From assembly GCA_040755995.1 (NCBI GenBank), contig JBFMAF010000030.1, forward strand, positions 1 through 62,007: a stretch of DNA of 62,007 bases, written 5' to 3'. Made by a program: the position numbers and the translations under genes. The notes beneath the pieces were generated by a model that saw only the letters and a list, made by a program, of their open reading frames with translations, did not search any database and was not told where the DNA came from. The DNA comes from Acidobacteriota bacterium (GTDB taxonomy: Bacteria > Acidobacteriota > CAIWXX01). Below are positions 46,140 to 55,891 of the stretch, piece after piece (within the stretch, counting starts at the first letter, position 1; each line of letters begins with the position of its first letter).

Positions 46140-47732
46140 ATGACCAGGACGGGCTACTATTCGATGATCTTGTTGTTCGCCGTCGCAACGACCGCCGCCG
46201 CGGCCGTCCCGGCTTTCGAGCAGCTGCGCGTCACGGTGCAGGGCGAGATCAACGATCTGGCCGTGGGGGATCTCAACGGGGATGGGCGCGGTGACGTCGT
46301 CACAATAGATCACGACGGAAAGAAGATTCGTACGTTCATGAGCGACTCCGCGCTGGCATTCTCCAAGCAGTACGCGAAGACGTTCAAGTACATGGGAGAG
46401 TTGATCATCGGCGTCGCAGATTTCACCGGCGATGGGAAACTCGATGTGGCCGTCGACACCATATACTACAAGACATATTTCTCGATCTTTCCCGGAAAGG
46501 GAGACGGGAGCCTGCTGAACCCCAAAGCGGTCAACGTCGCTGGATCCGATGCTACCGAAATCCCTTACGCCGCCGTCGGCGATTTCAACGGCGATGGCAG
46601 GCCTGACGTTGCGGCGATTCTGGACGGCACACCCGACTCCATCTCGGTTTTCCTGAATAAGGGAGGGAGCAAGTTCCAACCTGTCAGGGTCGAAGAGGCC
46701 GATTACCATGGCCTGGCAGCCGCGGACTTCGATGGGGACGGCGACATCGATCTCCTCGCGGGCAATCTCTTCTCCGATAATCTGACCTTCTTCCAGAACC
46801 AGGGAGACGGCAGCTTCGTGAAGGGTCCCACGACCAGTGTGGGAAACACGGGATCGCATCTTCGAGCCGGTGACCTCAACGATGATTCGCGTCCGGATGC
46901 CGTAGGCAGCGGCAACTCGGCGTTCGACGGCGGCTGGAGCATGCTCGGAAAGGGCGACGGGCAGTTCACCAAGAAGAAGACGCTCCCCAAGTATCACTGG
47001 CTGGGAGATGGGTTTGCTCTGGTGGATTTCACTGGCGACGGGAAGCTGGACGTCGCCGAAGCAGACCTGGGCGGGATCGCCTTGCATGGCGGCAAGGGCA
47101 CCGGCGCTTTCTCGTCGCTCGGCGAGATCGGCGACGGTCTCTACTTCGGCCACAACGGGTTTCTCAGCGACAGCGCCAACATCGCCGCAGGCGATCTGAA
47201 CGGGGACGGAAAAGTCGACATCGCAGGGGCGCATTGGGACGGATACAACGGCCGGGAGCCCGACATGACGGACCTGGTGGTTTTCATCAATGGGCGCGCG
47301 CCCGTCAAGATGTCGATCTCAGGGCTGTCCGTCACGACGCTCAGCTTCACGGCCGCCGTCGTCAACTTCGCCGGCTCGGTCTCCTTCCAGAACTCCGGCG
47401 GCGACCTGCGATACGCCGGGGCGCCGGTCGTGACCGACAACGCCTTCCTGCAATTCGAAGTCGAATTGGACTTCCCGTATCCGATGAACGACTATCTCTA
47501 CACGTACTGGACGACTGGCAGCTACCTGAATCACCCAGGCGAGACCAGCGGCACGATCGCATTCAGCCTGACGCTCCCCACCACCGTGATCACCACCGCC
47601 ACGCCACAGGTGACGTTGAGCAATTTCTCAGTGTGGGACCTGAATCTGGTTCACAGTAACGTGCTGCTGGAGGACAGGAGCAGACGGTCCCAGCCGCCCG
47701 TGTGCCTGACCAACGTGACTACCGGGAGGTGA
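46140..47732 (+). CDS. Secreted FG-GAP/VCBS repeat protein
   Basis: RBS GGAGGG before ATG 46140; signal peptide; repeats GDLNGDGRGDV, ADFTGDGKLDV, GDFNGDGRPDV. Confidence 0.88.
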   Translation: MTRTGYYSMILLFAVATTAAAAVPAFEQLRVTVQGEINDLAVGDLNGDGRGDVVTIDHDGKKIRTFMSDSALAFSKQYAKTFKYMGELIIGVADFTGDGKLDVAVDTIYYKTYFSIFPGKGDGSLLNPKAVNVAGSDATEIPYAAVGDFNGDGRPDVAAILDGTPDSISVFLNKGGSKFQPVRVEEADYHGLAAADFDGDGDIDLLAGNLFSDNLTFFQNQGDGSFVKGPTTSVGNTGSHLRAGDLNDDSRPDAVGSGNSAFDGGWSMLGKGDGQFTKKKTLPKYHWLGDGFALVDFTGDGKLDVAEADLGGIALHGGKGTGAFSSLGEIGDGLYFGHNGFLSDSANIAAGDLNGDGKVDIAGAHWDGYNGREPDMTDLVVFINGRAPVKMSISGLSVTTLSFTAAVVNFAGSVSFQNSGGDLRYAGAPVVTDNAFLQFEVELDFPYPMNDYLYTYWTTGSYLNHPGETSGTIAFSLTLPTTVITTATPQVTLSNFSVWDLNLVHSNVLLEDRSRRSQPPVCLTNVTTGR

Positions 47733-47762
47733 CCGACTTCAGCAAGGCAAGCACATCCGGCG

Positions 47763-48464
47763 TCATGGTAATGTCTGGAGGAACTCTGTGGAGAAACGTT
47801 CCGCCTCGGTGCATCGACGCCGCACATGAGGCCAGGCGACGGAGAAGTGGCCTGACTTGTCGCGGTAGACCTCAGTCGTCTTCGGGACCCTATTCGCGCG
47901 CGACTGAGCGGCGGTCAGCTGCTTCTCCGGCGCGCGCCTGCACTCCAGGGTGCCGTCTCTGATCCACTTGTGATCTGGGCGAAGAGCTGCCAGCACCCAA
48001 GCCTCGATCGACTTGGATGGGGTACAGAACACGACCCTGGGAGGAACCGCAGCCTCGCCAATCCACCGCAGGACAACCTTCCTCAACGCGTCCGTTGTTG
48101 CGTGGGCAGGAGGGCACGCTCGTTCGCACGGGAGATCGTGAATTCTCTCACGAAGGCCTGCCTTCCTGTAGCCTTCTCCGGCCACGTCGGCGTCCACGTG
48201 TATGAGCAGCACATCATGGAACAGGAAGAGGGGGTTCCCGGCGATGTGGCCGAGGCTTTGACCGGCTGTTTGCCTGCATCACCGATAAACACCCGGCCAT
48301 CCGCCAGCAGTACCGGGTAGTTGCTGGAAGGCTTCGGAGACCTCGGGTTGAAGCGCCTGGATCACGAGTTCGCGGCCTCGAACGAGCTGCCTCACAGCGG
48401 CTGTCAACATGATCAGATCTGTCGGCCCCTCTGCGACGAAGGCTACTCGGACAGGTTCAGACAT
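47763..48464 (-). pseudogene. TOPRIM-like (DUF4276/RloB/AriB-like) partner of the ATPase, interrupted by one in-frame TGA at 48279-48281
   Basis: VAEGPTD...GGWPGVYR*CRQ...LIHVDADVA...SKSIEAWVLAAL; both halves are in the same frame. Confidence 0.8.
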
Positions 48465-49638
48465 TCGCGACTCCACCGAGGTGCCCCATCACCCAAAGCC
48501 GTGACAGAGTCCAGCCCTGGTCAGCCATCTTCCTGAGCTTCTCGGTGAGCCCTATCCGCTGCACAGCGGTCCTGCCGGTTTCGGTCCTCGATACCGTGAA
48601 AAGGCGAACTCGGTCGTCCTGCAGCGGTAGTCCATCCAGCACCAAAGGGTTGTGTGTGGTGAGGAGGACTTGGCGATGCTGCGGCCCTCCCATGTACCAA
48701 CCACAGAACCGCAGCATCAGACTCCGGGCGAGCCGCGGATTGAGGCCGTGATCCGCATTGTCCACTGCACAGAATGCAGGAGTCAGCGGGTGAGCGGCCA
48801 GCGCGGCCATGAAGAGCACGTACAATGCGCCTTCGCTTGCGTCGTAACCCGACAATACATTGCGCTTCTCGCGCATGAACCGATCCTTGAATCGAATCAC
48901 ACGCGGGGATGCAGCTGCGGACGGTGACAGCGGCATCTGGCCGGCGGGCGCTGCCCCGAAGGACGCTGCCCAGTCCACCAGGCGGAGTGCTTCGCCACAC
49001 ACACGCCGGGTATGGTCGTCCCTGTTGCGACGCCGGAGGATTTCGAGAATCGCGTCGGGCAGTCGCCCGCCCGAGAGCCCTATCGGCTGGCGCGGCTGAG
49101 GTTCGGACGCAGTCCCACGAAGCACGGCTGTGTTGGGGGAGAATATGACGAAGTCCTGCAGAAGCTTGAGAAGCTTCAATGCTGGATCGCTGGGGTCGAG
49201 CTCCACAGCCCTGAGCGCGGCGATGCCCTGCTCGGGGTTGGGCGGTTTGTGCATGTGCGGCCCGCGACTCGCAATCTGCTCGCTGCCTTTCCGCCAGTCC
49301 TCAGTCTTGTACCGCCAGCCAGGGGCAGGGTCCTTGAGGGGGTTGTGCAGCGAAACCGCATAGCTTGCCTCGTGATTCGCGGCTTCGAAGAAGATGTGGG
49401 GCGAGCCTCTGGTCGGAAACGCGGATTTGTACAGACTCGGTACGCCGGGGCGGACGCCGTGTTGAAGCAGCGACTGGTCGTTGACCTTTCCCTCGGCGGC
49501 TGCGGACAGCACGCCGACACCCTCGAGAAGGTTACTCTTCCCACTGCCATTGGCGCCGACGAATACGTTGACCTGGCCCAGGCCGACTTCGACTGCCTCA
49601 AGCGACTTGAACCGTCGAATAGTCACTGTCTCAATCAT
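48457..49638 (-). CDS. AAA_21/AAA_15 ABC-type ATPase (defence/TA associated)
   Basis: FKSL, GANGSGKSNLLE, ASEGAL, AVDNADHGLNP, LLTTHNP, LSRLWVMGHLGG. Confidence 0.88.
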   Translation of the reverse strand: MIETVTIRRFKSLEAVEVGLGQVNVFVGANGSGKSNLLEGVGVLSAAAEGKVNDQSLLQHGVRPGVPSLYKSAFPTRGSPHIFFEAANHEASYAVSLHNPLKDPAPGWRYKTEDWRKGSEQIASRGPHMHKPPNPEQGIAALRAVELDPSDPALKLLKLLQDFVIFSPNTAVLRGTASEPQPRQPIGLSGGRLPDAILEILRRRNRDDHTRRVCGEALRLVDWAASFGAAPAGQMPLSPSAAASPRVIRFKDRFMREKRNVLSGYDASEGALYVLFMAALAAHPLTPAFCAVDNADHGLNPRLARSLMLRFCGWYMGGPQHRQVLLTTHNPLVLDGLPLQDDRVRLFTVSRTETGRTAVQRIGLTEKLRKMADQGWTLSRLWVMGHLGGVANV

Positions 49639-49737
49639 CGGCTGCCTCCAACTGGCACCATCTTATCACGAAGGCTGCGTGGCCCTGCCAATCGCGCGCA
49701 GCTTGACCAGCCAGAGTTACGCGGGCGGTTAGCTGCG

Positions 49738-50199
49738 TCACTCAGCTTCGATGAAACGTTCGCGAAGGTCCGACGCCGGAACCAGGCAGGTGTCGTACTT
49801 GCCGAAGACGCGATATCGAGCTCGCGCAAGAACGTCGTAGGCCATGTCGAGCAGCGATGCCGGCAGGACCCGCAAGACGCACGCCGCTTTCCAGCCGCCG
49901 CCCAACTGCTCGATGACGAGCAGCAAAGCACGTGTCTTCATGAGGAGCCTCTCTGAGGGCGAGCCGGCGTCGATGACGAGGTAGAGGGTGTCGAGACCCT
50001 CCGGGTCGCGAGAGTGGCGCCGGAGAAGGCCGCGCGCGAAGCTGCTCTGCAGGGCGGCGAAGCGGAACCTGCGACGCTGGTCCCGCTTCGCCACGAACTG
50101 AATCAGGTGGCTGCAGAGCCCGCAGACGCCGTCGTAGAGTACGATGAAGTTGTCGTTCAATTCATACCTTTGCACTGCGCGCAAGGCCTGCCACATCAA
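49738..50199 (-). CDS. DCC1-like thiol-disulfide oxidoreductase (DUF393)
   Basis: VLYDGVCGLCS, RFRFAALQS, YDVLARARYRVFGKYDTC. Start uncertain. Confidence 0.9.
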   Translation of the reverse strand: MMWQALRAVQRYELNDNFIVLYDGVCGLCSHLIQFVAKRDQRRRFRFAALQSSFARGLLRRHSRDPEGLDTLYLVIDAGSPSERLLMKTRALLLVIEQLGGGWKAACVLRVLPASLLDMAYDVLARARYRVFGKYDTCLVPASDLRERFIEAE

Positions 50200-50225
50200 C
50201 CGCGTTCAGACGTTGGGCGCAGTTG

Positions 50226-53200
50226 TCAGCCCTCATAACGGCTCCCGCTAGGCCTCGGAACAGCCACGGGCACCAGGCCGGGCACTGTCGTCACCGTCTG
50301 GGGCTCGTCGACGGCAGTTGCCGTCCGGGCTTGGGCGACGAGGACGTAGATCGACGGCACGACGAAGAGCGTGAAGAATGTGCCGACGAACATCCCGGTC
50401 ACGAGCGTGATGCCGATGCTGTTGCGTGCGCCGGCCCCCGGACCGGTGGCGAAGACCAGCGGGAGGTGGCCCATGATGGTGGCAGCGCTCGTCATCAGGA
50501 TCGGCCGCAAGCGCGTTCCGGCGGCTTCGATGACGGCATCCAGCTTCTCCTTTCCGGCCTCCTGCAGGCGATTGGCGAACTCGACGATCAGAATCCCGTT
50601 CTTCGACACCAGCCCCACGAGCGTGATCAGGCCGACCTGGCTGTAGATGTTCAACGTCGTGAAGCCGAGGAACGGGAAGATCAACGCGCCCGAAAGCGCC
50701 AGCGGCACCGAGCCCGCCAGAATGATGAACGGATCGCGGAAGCTCTCGAACTGGGCCGCGAGCACCAGGTAGATCAGGATGGCCGACAGCAAGAACGTCG
50801 CCAAGAACTTGCTGCCTTCGGCGCGAAGCTGCCGCGACTCGCCGGCGTAGTCGACGACGAAGCCCGGCGGTAGAATCGCCCCGGCCTCTTCCTCGAGGAA
50901 GTGCAACGCCCGGTCCAGGGCGACGTTCGGCGGGATCACGCCCTGAATCCGCACGGCATTGAGCTGCTGGAACCGCTTGAGCTCGCGCGGCTCCGTCGTA
51001 GTCTTCAACGTAGCGAATGTCGACAGCGGCACGAGCCGGTTGCCAGAGCCGGTCACGTAGATCTCGGCCAGCTGGTCCGGCGTCAGCCGCTCGCTCCTCT
51101 TCACCTGCGGAATCACCTTGTAGCTCCGCCCCTGGATGCTGAAACGATTGACGTAGTCGCCGCTCAGGAGTGTGGAGAGATCCTGCCCGGCGCGACTCAT
51201 GTCGACCCCCTGCGACCGAACCTTGTCACGGTCGAACACAACCTCCACCTGCGGCTGGTCGAATTTCAGATCGGCGTCTGCGAAGATGAACATGCCGCTT
51301 GCGAAGGCCTTTTGCACCAGCTGGTTGGCAAACTCGATCAGCTGCGTCGGCTCGGCCGTGGACGCGACGACGAAGTCGACCGGGAAGCTGCCGCCCCCGG
51401 GCAGCGCCGGCGGGACCAGAGGTATGATGCGCACCCCCGGGATCTTCGAAAGCTCCGCCGCGGCAGCTACCTGGAGCTGCGCGGTGCTCCTCTTCCGCTC
51501 ACTCCATGGTTTGGTAACCATGCCGCCAAAGCCGCCGGTCGGGAACGTGATCTGGAAGATGCTCTCGCTCTCCGGGAACGAGTGGTAGACGTCGTACATC
51601 TTGTCGGCGAAGAGCTTGGTCTGGTCAAGCGTGGACGGGGCCGCCGCCTGAACGATGCCGAAGACAACCCCCTGGTCCTCGTTCGGCGCCAGCTCCTGCT
51701 GCGAGAACATGTAGAACGGCACCATGAGTGCCACAGCGATCCCCCAGAGCACCAGAACAACCGGCCGGAATTGGAGGGTCCCGGCGAGAATCCGCATGTA
51801 GAGCTGCCGCACGACGCCGAAGTGCCGGTTGATCATTCCAGCGAAGCCGCGCTGAGTGTCTGCGGCCCGCAGCAGTCTCGAGCCCATCATCGGCGACAAG
51901 GTGAGCGCAACCACCCCTGACACGATCACCGCGCCGGCTAGAGTGAAGGCGAACTCACGGAAGAGGGCCCCGGTGAGCCCGCCCTGGACGGCCACCGGAG
52001 TGTAGACGGCCGCGAGCGTGATGGTCATCGCAATGATCGGCCCGACCAGCTCGCGCGCTGCCTCGATCGCCGCCTGGATCGAGCTCGCCCCGGCGTGCAG
52101 ATGCCGCTCGACGTTCTCGACGACGATGATTGCGTCGTCGACGACGAGGCCGACGGAGAGCACGATGGCGAGCAGCGTCAAGAGGTTGATCGAGAAGCCG
52201 GCGACAAGCATGAGGAACACCGCGCCGACGAGCGAGATCGGGATGGCGACAACCGGGATGATCACGGAGCGCATCGAACCGAGGAACAAGAAGATGACGA
52301 TGACCACAATCAGGAGCGTCTCGCTCAGGGTCTTCAACACCTCGCGGATCGCGTCCCGGATGTAGGCGGTCGAATCGTAAGGAATACCCACCCTCATCCC
52401 CGCGGGCAGCTGCGCCTGGATCTCGGGGATGGCCGCGCGCACGCTGCCGATCACATCGAGCGCGTTGGCCGTCGGGAGCACCCAGACGCCCATGAACGTG
52501 GCGCTCTGGCCGTCGAACCGCACGTCCTGTTCGTAGTTCTCGGCGCCGAGCACGACGTCGGCGATCTCGCCGAGTCGCACCACGACGCCGTCGCTCTCCT
52601 TGACCACGAGCTGCCGAAACTCTTCGGCGTTCTTCAGGTCGGTGTTGGCGACGAGGTTCACCGAAACCATCGATCCCTTGGTTCTGCCCAGTGTCGACAG
52701 GTAGTTGTTCTTGGCCAGGGCGTCCCGCACCTCGGAGGGTGCGATGCCGAGAGCCGCCATCTTGGCGGGCTTGAGCCAGACCCGCATGGCGAATGTGCGG
52801 TCGCCGAGGATCTCGGCGCGCTGCACGCCGCTGATCGAGCTCAGCTTCGGCTGTACCACGCGCGTCAGGTAGTCCGTGATTTGATTCTGATCGAGCTCCT
52901 TGGACGAGAACCCGAGGTACATTGCCGCAAACTGGTTGTCCGCTGTCTGCATTTCGATCACCGGCGCCTCGGCTTCCGGCGGCAGGTCGTTGCGCACCTG
53001 CGCGACCTTCGCCTGAATCTGCGTCAGGGCCGCATTCGTGTCGTAGTTGAGCTTCAGGTGCACGGTGATCGTGCTGAGCCCCTGCGCGCTCGACGATTCC
53101 AGGTAGTCGATCCCATCGGCGCTGGCGATCACACGCTCGAGCGGCGTCGTGATGAAGCCCCGCACCAAATCGGCGTTGGCGCCCACATAGGCGGTGCTCA

Positions 53201-53342
53201 CATTGATCACCGCTATGTCGGTCCGTGGGTACTGCCGCACACTCAACGATCGTATCGACTGCAGCCCCGCGATCAGGATGACGAGATTGACAACCGCGGC
53301 GAGAACAGGTTTCCGGATGAACAGGTCGGTGAGCTTCATCAA
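50226..53342 (-). CDS. RND efflux transporter permease (AcrB/AcrD/AcrF family)
   Basis: FIRKPV, GLVVDDAIIVVEN, GLVSKNGILIVEFAN, RLRPILMTS. Confidence 0.96.
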   Translation of the reverse strand: MMKLTDLFIRKPVLAAVVNLVILIAGLQSIRSLSVRQYPRTDIAVINVSTAYVGANADLVRGFITTPLERVIASADGIDYLESSSAQGLSTITVHLKLNYDTNAALTQIQAKVAQVRNDLPPEAEAPVIEMQTADNQFAAMYLGFSSKELDQNQITDYLTRVVQPKLSSISGVQRAEILGDRTFAMRVWLKPAKMAALGIAPSEVRDALAKNNYLSTLGRTKGSMVSVNLVANTDLKNAEEFRQLVVKESDGVVVRLGEIADVVLGAENYEQDVRFDGQSATFMGVWVLPTANALDVIGSVRAAIPEIQAQLPAGMRVGIPYDSTAYIRDAIREVLKTLSETLLIVVIVIFLFLGSMRSVIIPVVAIPISLVGAVFLMLVAGFSINLLTLLAIVLSVGLVVDDAIIVVENVERHLHAGASSIQAAIEAARELVGPIIAMTITLAAVYTPVAVQGGLTGALFREFAFTLAGAVIVSGVVALTLSPMMGSRLLRAADTQRGFAGMINRHFGVVRQLYMRILAGTLQFRPVVLVLWGIAVALMVPFYMFSQQELAPNEDQGVVFGIVQAAAPSTLDQTKLFADKMYDVYHSFPESESIFQITFPTGGFGGMVTKPWSERKRSTAQLQVAAAAELSKIPGVRIIPLVPPALPGGGSFPVDFVVASTAEPTQLIEFANQLVQKAFASGMFIFADADLKFDQPQVEVVFDRDKVRSQGVDMSRAGQDLSTLLSGDYVNRFSIQGRSYKVIPQVKRSERLTPDQLAEIYVTGSGNRLVPLSTFATLKTTTEPRELKRFQQLNAVRIQGVIPPNVALDRALHFLEEEAGAILPPGFVVDYAGESRQLRAEGSKFLATFLLSAILIYLVLAAQFESFRDPFIILAGSVPLALSGALIFPFLGFTTLNIYSQVGLITLVGLVSKNGILIVEFANRLQEAGKEKLDAVIEAAGTRLRPILMTSAATIMGHLPLVFATGPGAGARNSIGITLVTGMFVGTFFTLFVVPSIYVLVAQARTATAVDEPQTVTTVPGLVPVAVPRPSGSRYEG

Positions 53343-54466
53343 CTGTCCTCCGGATTGGGCCTCAGTTCGTTGCTGGGCTGGACCTTGTTGTCGACGAGCA
53401 CACCGGCTCCGTTCCGCAGCTTGAAGACGCCCGACGTCACGATCTCCTCGCCGGCGGCAACGCCCTCGAGGATCGCTATCTGGTCGCCGCGCCCACGCCC
53501 CAACTTGACGAACTGCTGGCGCACGCCGCGGTAGGTCTGCCCCGCCGGACCTTTCATGTCCTCAACGATGAAGACCGAATCGCCGTACGGAGCGTAGTTG
53601 ATGGCGGAGGCCGGCAGCGGGATGACTTGCGCCGACGTGTCGAGCAGAACGCGCGTCTCGACGAACATGCCGGAGCGCAGGCGGTTGCCGGGATTGTCGA
53701 GCGTTGCCTGCACACGTATGTTCCGCGTGGCCTCGTCCACGACAGAGTCGATCGCGGTGATCCGGCCCGCGAGCTCGACCGCGTCGATGCCCTCGGCCTC
53801 CACACGCACCTCAGCTCCGAGGCGCAACTTGTCGACGTCCTGCTGAGGCACACCGAAGTTGACGTAGATCGGATTCAGACATTGCAGCTGCACGACCGGC
53901 TGGCCGCTAGTCAGATACTGCCCGACGTCGACCTGGCGGATGCCCAGTATCCCCGAGAACGGGGCACGAATCGTCTTCCGTTCAATCGTGGCCTTGATCT
54001 CGCCTACGCTCGCTTCCGCCTGCTCGAACTCCGCCGCCGCCGTGTCGTAGTCCGCTTGGGACACGACGCCGTCCTGTGCGAGCCCGCGAGCCCGGTCGAA
54101 GTTGAGCCGGGCCAGCTTGAGCCGGGCCTCCGCGGCCGCCAGCTGAGCCAGCTCCTGGCGCGTATCCAGTTCCACCAGCACGTCCCCGGCCTGGACGGCT
54201 CTGCCGGAATCGAACGATATCGTCTCGATGATCCCCGGGAGGTCAGCGCTGACAGTGACCCCGCGGATGGCGGTGACCGTCCCTATCGAGCGCAGGGTCG
54301 CCCGCCAAACCTCCTGCCGCGCTACGATCGTCGTCACCGCCTCCGGGGGAGGCTGGAACGAAGATGCCTCCGCGATGGCGGACTTGATCTGCCGGTACTT
54401 TATCGAAGCTATGCCTGCGATGATAAGGCTCACCACAAGCAGCATCAGAATCATTCGTTTTGCCAT
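53339..54466 (-). CDS. RND efflux periplasmic adaptor (MFP)
   Basis: ATG 54466 with GGAGG; TM anchor; TIRAPFSGILG, LRSGMFV, VTSGVFKLRNG. Confidence 0.94.
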   Translation of the reverse strand: MAKRMILMLLVVSLIIAGIASIKYRQIKSAIAEASSFQPPPEAVTTIVARQEVWRATLRSIGTVTAIRGVTVSADLPGIIETISFDSGRAVQAGDVLVELDTRQELAQLAAAEARLKLARLNFDRARGLAQDGVVSQADYDTAAAEFEQAEASVGEIKATIERKTIRAPFSGILGIRQVDVGQYLTSGQPVVQLQCLNPIYVNFGVPQQDVDKLRLGAEVRVEAEGIDAVELAGRITAIDSVVDEATRNIRVQATLDNPGNRLRSGMFVETRVLLDTSAQVIPLPASAINYAPYGDSVFIVEDMKGPAGQTYRGVRQQFVKLGRGRGDQIAILEGVAAGEEIVTSGVFKLRNGAGVLVDNKVQPSNELRPNPEDS

Positions 54467-54851
54467 GAACGAGATCCTCCCCGACGACGCGCCGGTCGCG
54501 GCACGTCGACTCGGTGTCCGTATGGGAGGGAGCCGGTCGCGAGCGGCGAACGCCACCGCCCTTCGAGCGTTCGCAGGTCCACTGCGCGGACGAGGTCGCG
54601 GAGCGGGTCGGAGCCCGAACGGGCACCGGCCCGGCCGGAACCACCCACACGACTGGTCGTCTGCCCATAAGCAAGGTATTATAACCGACGCCAATCTCGT
54701 TTTGGGCAAGGGAGCCTGGAGGGGCGCGCGCTACCTCATGAGTCCGATTGATTCCGAAGGCGGGCGCGAGGCTCGAATGGTGATCCACCCGTCGCGGTCG
54801 TACTACGCAAAGGCGATGCCGCCGGCTTGGCGGGATTGATGTCGCTTCTAC

Positions 54852-54880
54852 TTGACATCGGCTCACCTCGATCCTATGTT
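54852..54880 (+). promoter_or_regulatory. Putative sigma70 promoter of the kinase-HK-REC/GcvH operon
   Basis: TTGACA-N17-TATGTT; in-frame GTG 6 nt downstream (leaderless candidate). Confidence 0.55.
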
Positions 54881-54886
54881 GTGACG

Positions 54887-55882
54887 GTGGGCAACAGACC
54901 GGCGCCGCCGATGGATGGGGAATCTCTGTGCGACTGGATTGCCGAACAGGTGCGCAGTTTCACGGATCGAAGTCTCGACGGGCGTCCGGTAGTGTTCGAA
55001 GACACGACCAACTTCATGGCCATCGATCGAGACCACGTTGTGAATCTCCAGGGGGAGTTCTTTCTGGTTCGATGCAACGAGCACGAGTTGCGATTCGGGC
55101 TCGAGGATCAACCCAAGTTCTGGGTGAAACGCGCCATGTCTCTGCACACAGGCCGCCTCCACATTCTGAAGCTGGTCATCAGGGAGGAGTTCAAGACGCG
55201 AATCGGCTCGGTCGAAATCAGGTGCTATCGGAGCGAAGAGAAGGAGGGCAGGGTGCTCGAGTACGTGCGAGGCGATGGGCGTTTCATGCAGGGTCGCACG
55301 GTGAGAGACGTCCGCGGCAACCTCGTGCGTGTGATCGACTTCATCCGTGGTCCGAGCCTGATCAACTACCTGCATGCCATCCCGCTCAGTCACGAGGAGT
55401 ACTTTCACGAGAGGCTTCCAGGAATCATGCCCCACGTCATCTCGTGCCTTCGTGCAATCCAATACCTGCACGACGGCGGTCTCTGTCACGGCGACATCCG
55501 AAACGATCATATTCTGATCGAGGAGGAGACCGGGAGCTACCGCTGGATCGATTTCGACTTGACGCAGGATTTCTCGGATTACGATGTGGCGAGCATCGGG
55601 AATATCCTGCACATGGTAGTTGGGAAACAGCTCACGGCGATGCGGCAGCTGATCGCCGCGGAGCCCGGGCTGGCGGACTGCCTCTCGCACGAGGACGGCT
55701 CGTCGTTCTTCCCCCACCGCCTGATGAACTTCCGCAAGGTCTATCCCTATATTCCAAAGAAACTCAACGACGTGTTGATGCGATTCTCCATCGGAACGGA
55801 GGTCTTCTACGATTCGGTCGGGCAGGTGGTCGCGGACATCGAGGACAGTTGTGTCTCTATGGGGTGGCCCTGTGCCGTGTGA
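54887..55882 (+). CDS. Atypical protein kinase-like protein
   Basis: HILKLV (VAIK-like), EEKE helix, catalytic loop HGDIRNDHIL, WIDFD (DFG-like), YDVASIGNIL. Start GTG 54887 or ATG 54911. Confidence 0.8.
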   Translation: MGNRPAPPMDGESLCDWIAEQVRSFTDRSLDGRPVVFEDTTNFMAIDRDHVVNLQGEFFLVRCNEHELRFGLEDQPKFWVKRAMSLHTGRLHILKLVIREEFKTRIGSVEIRCYRSEEKEGRVLEYVRGDGRFMQGRTVRDVRGNLVRVIDFIRGPSLINYLHAIPLSHEEYFHERLPGIMPHVISCLRAIQYLHDGGLCHGDIRNDHILIEEETGSYRWIDFDLTQDFSDYDVASIGNILHMVVGKQLTAMRQLIAAEPGLADCLSHEDGSSFFPHRLMNFRKVYPYIPKKLNDVLMRFSIGTEVFYDSVGQVVADIEDSCVSMGWPCAV

Positions 55883-55891
55883 GAGTGGGGG

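Noticed and set aside
48279..48281. TGA as selenocysteine (U-C pair)
   Set aside because: Context fits a Trp codon in a TOPRIM-like protein, no redox motif is present, and I could not identify a SECIS hairpin.
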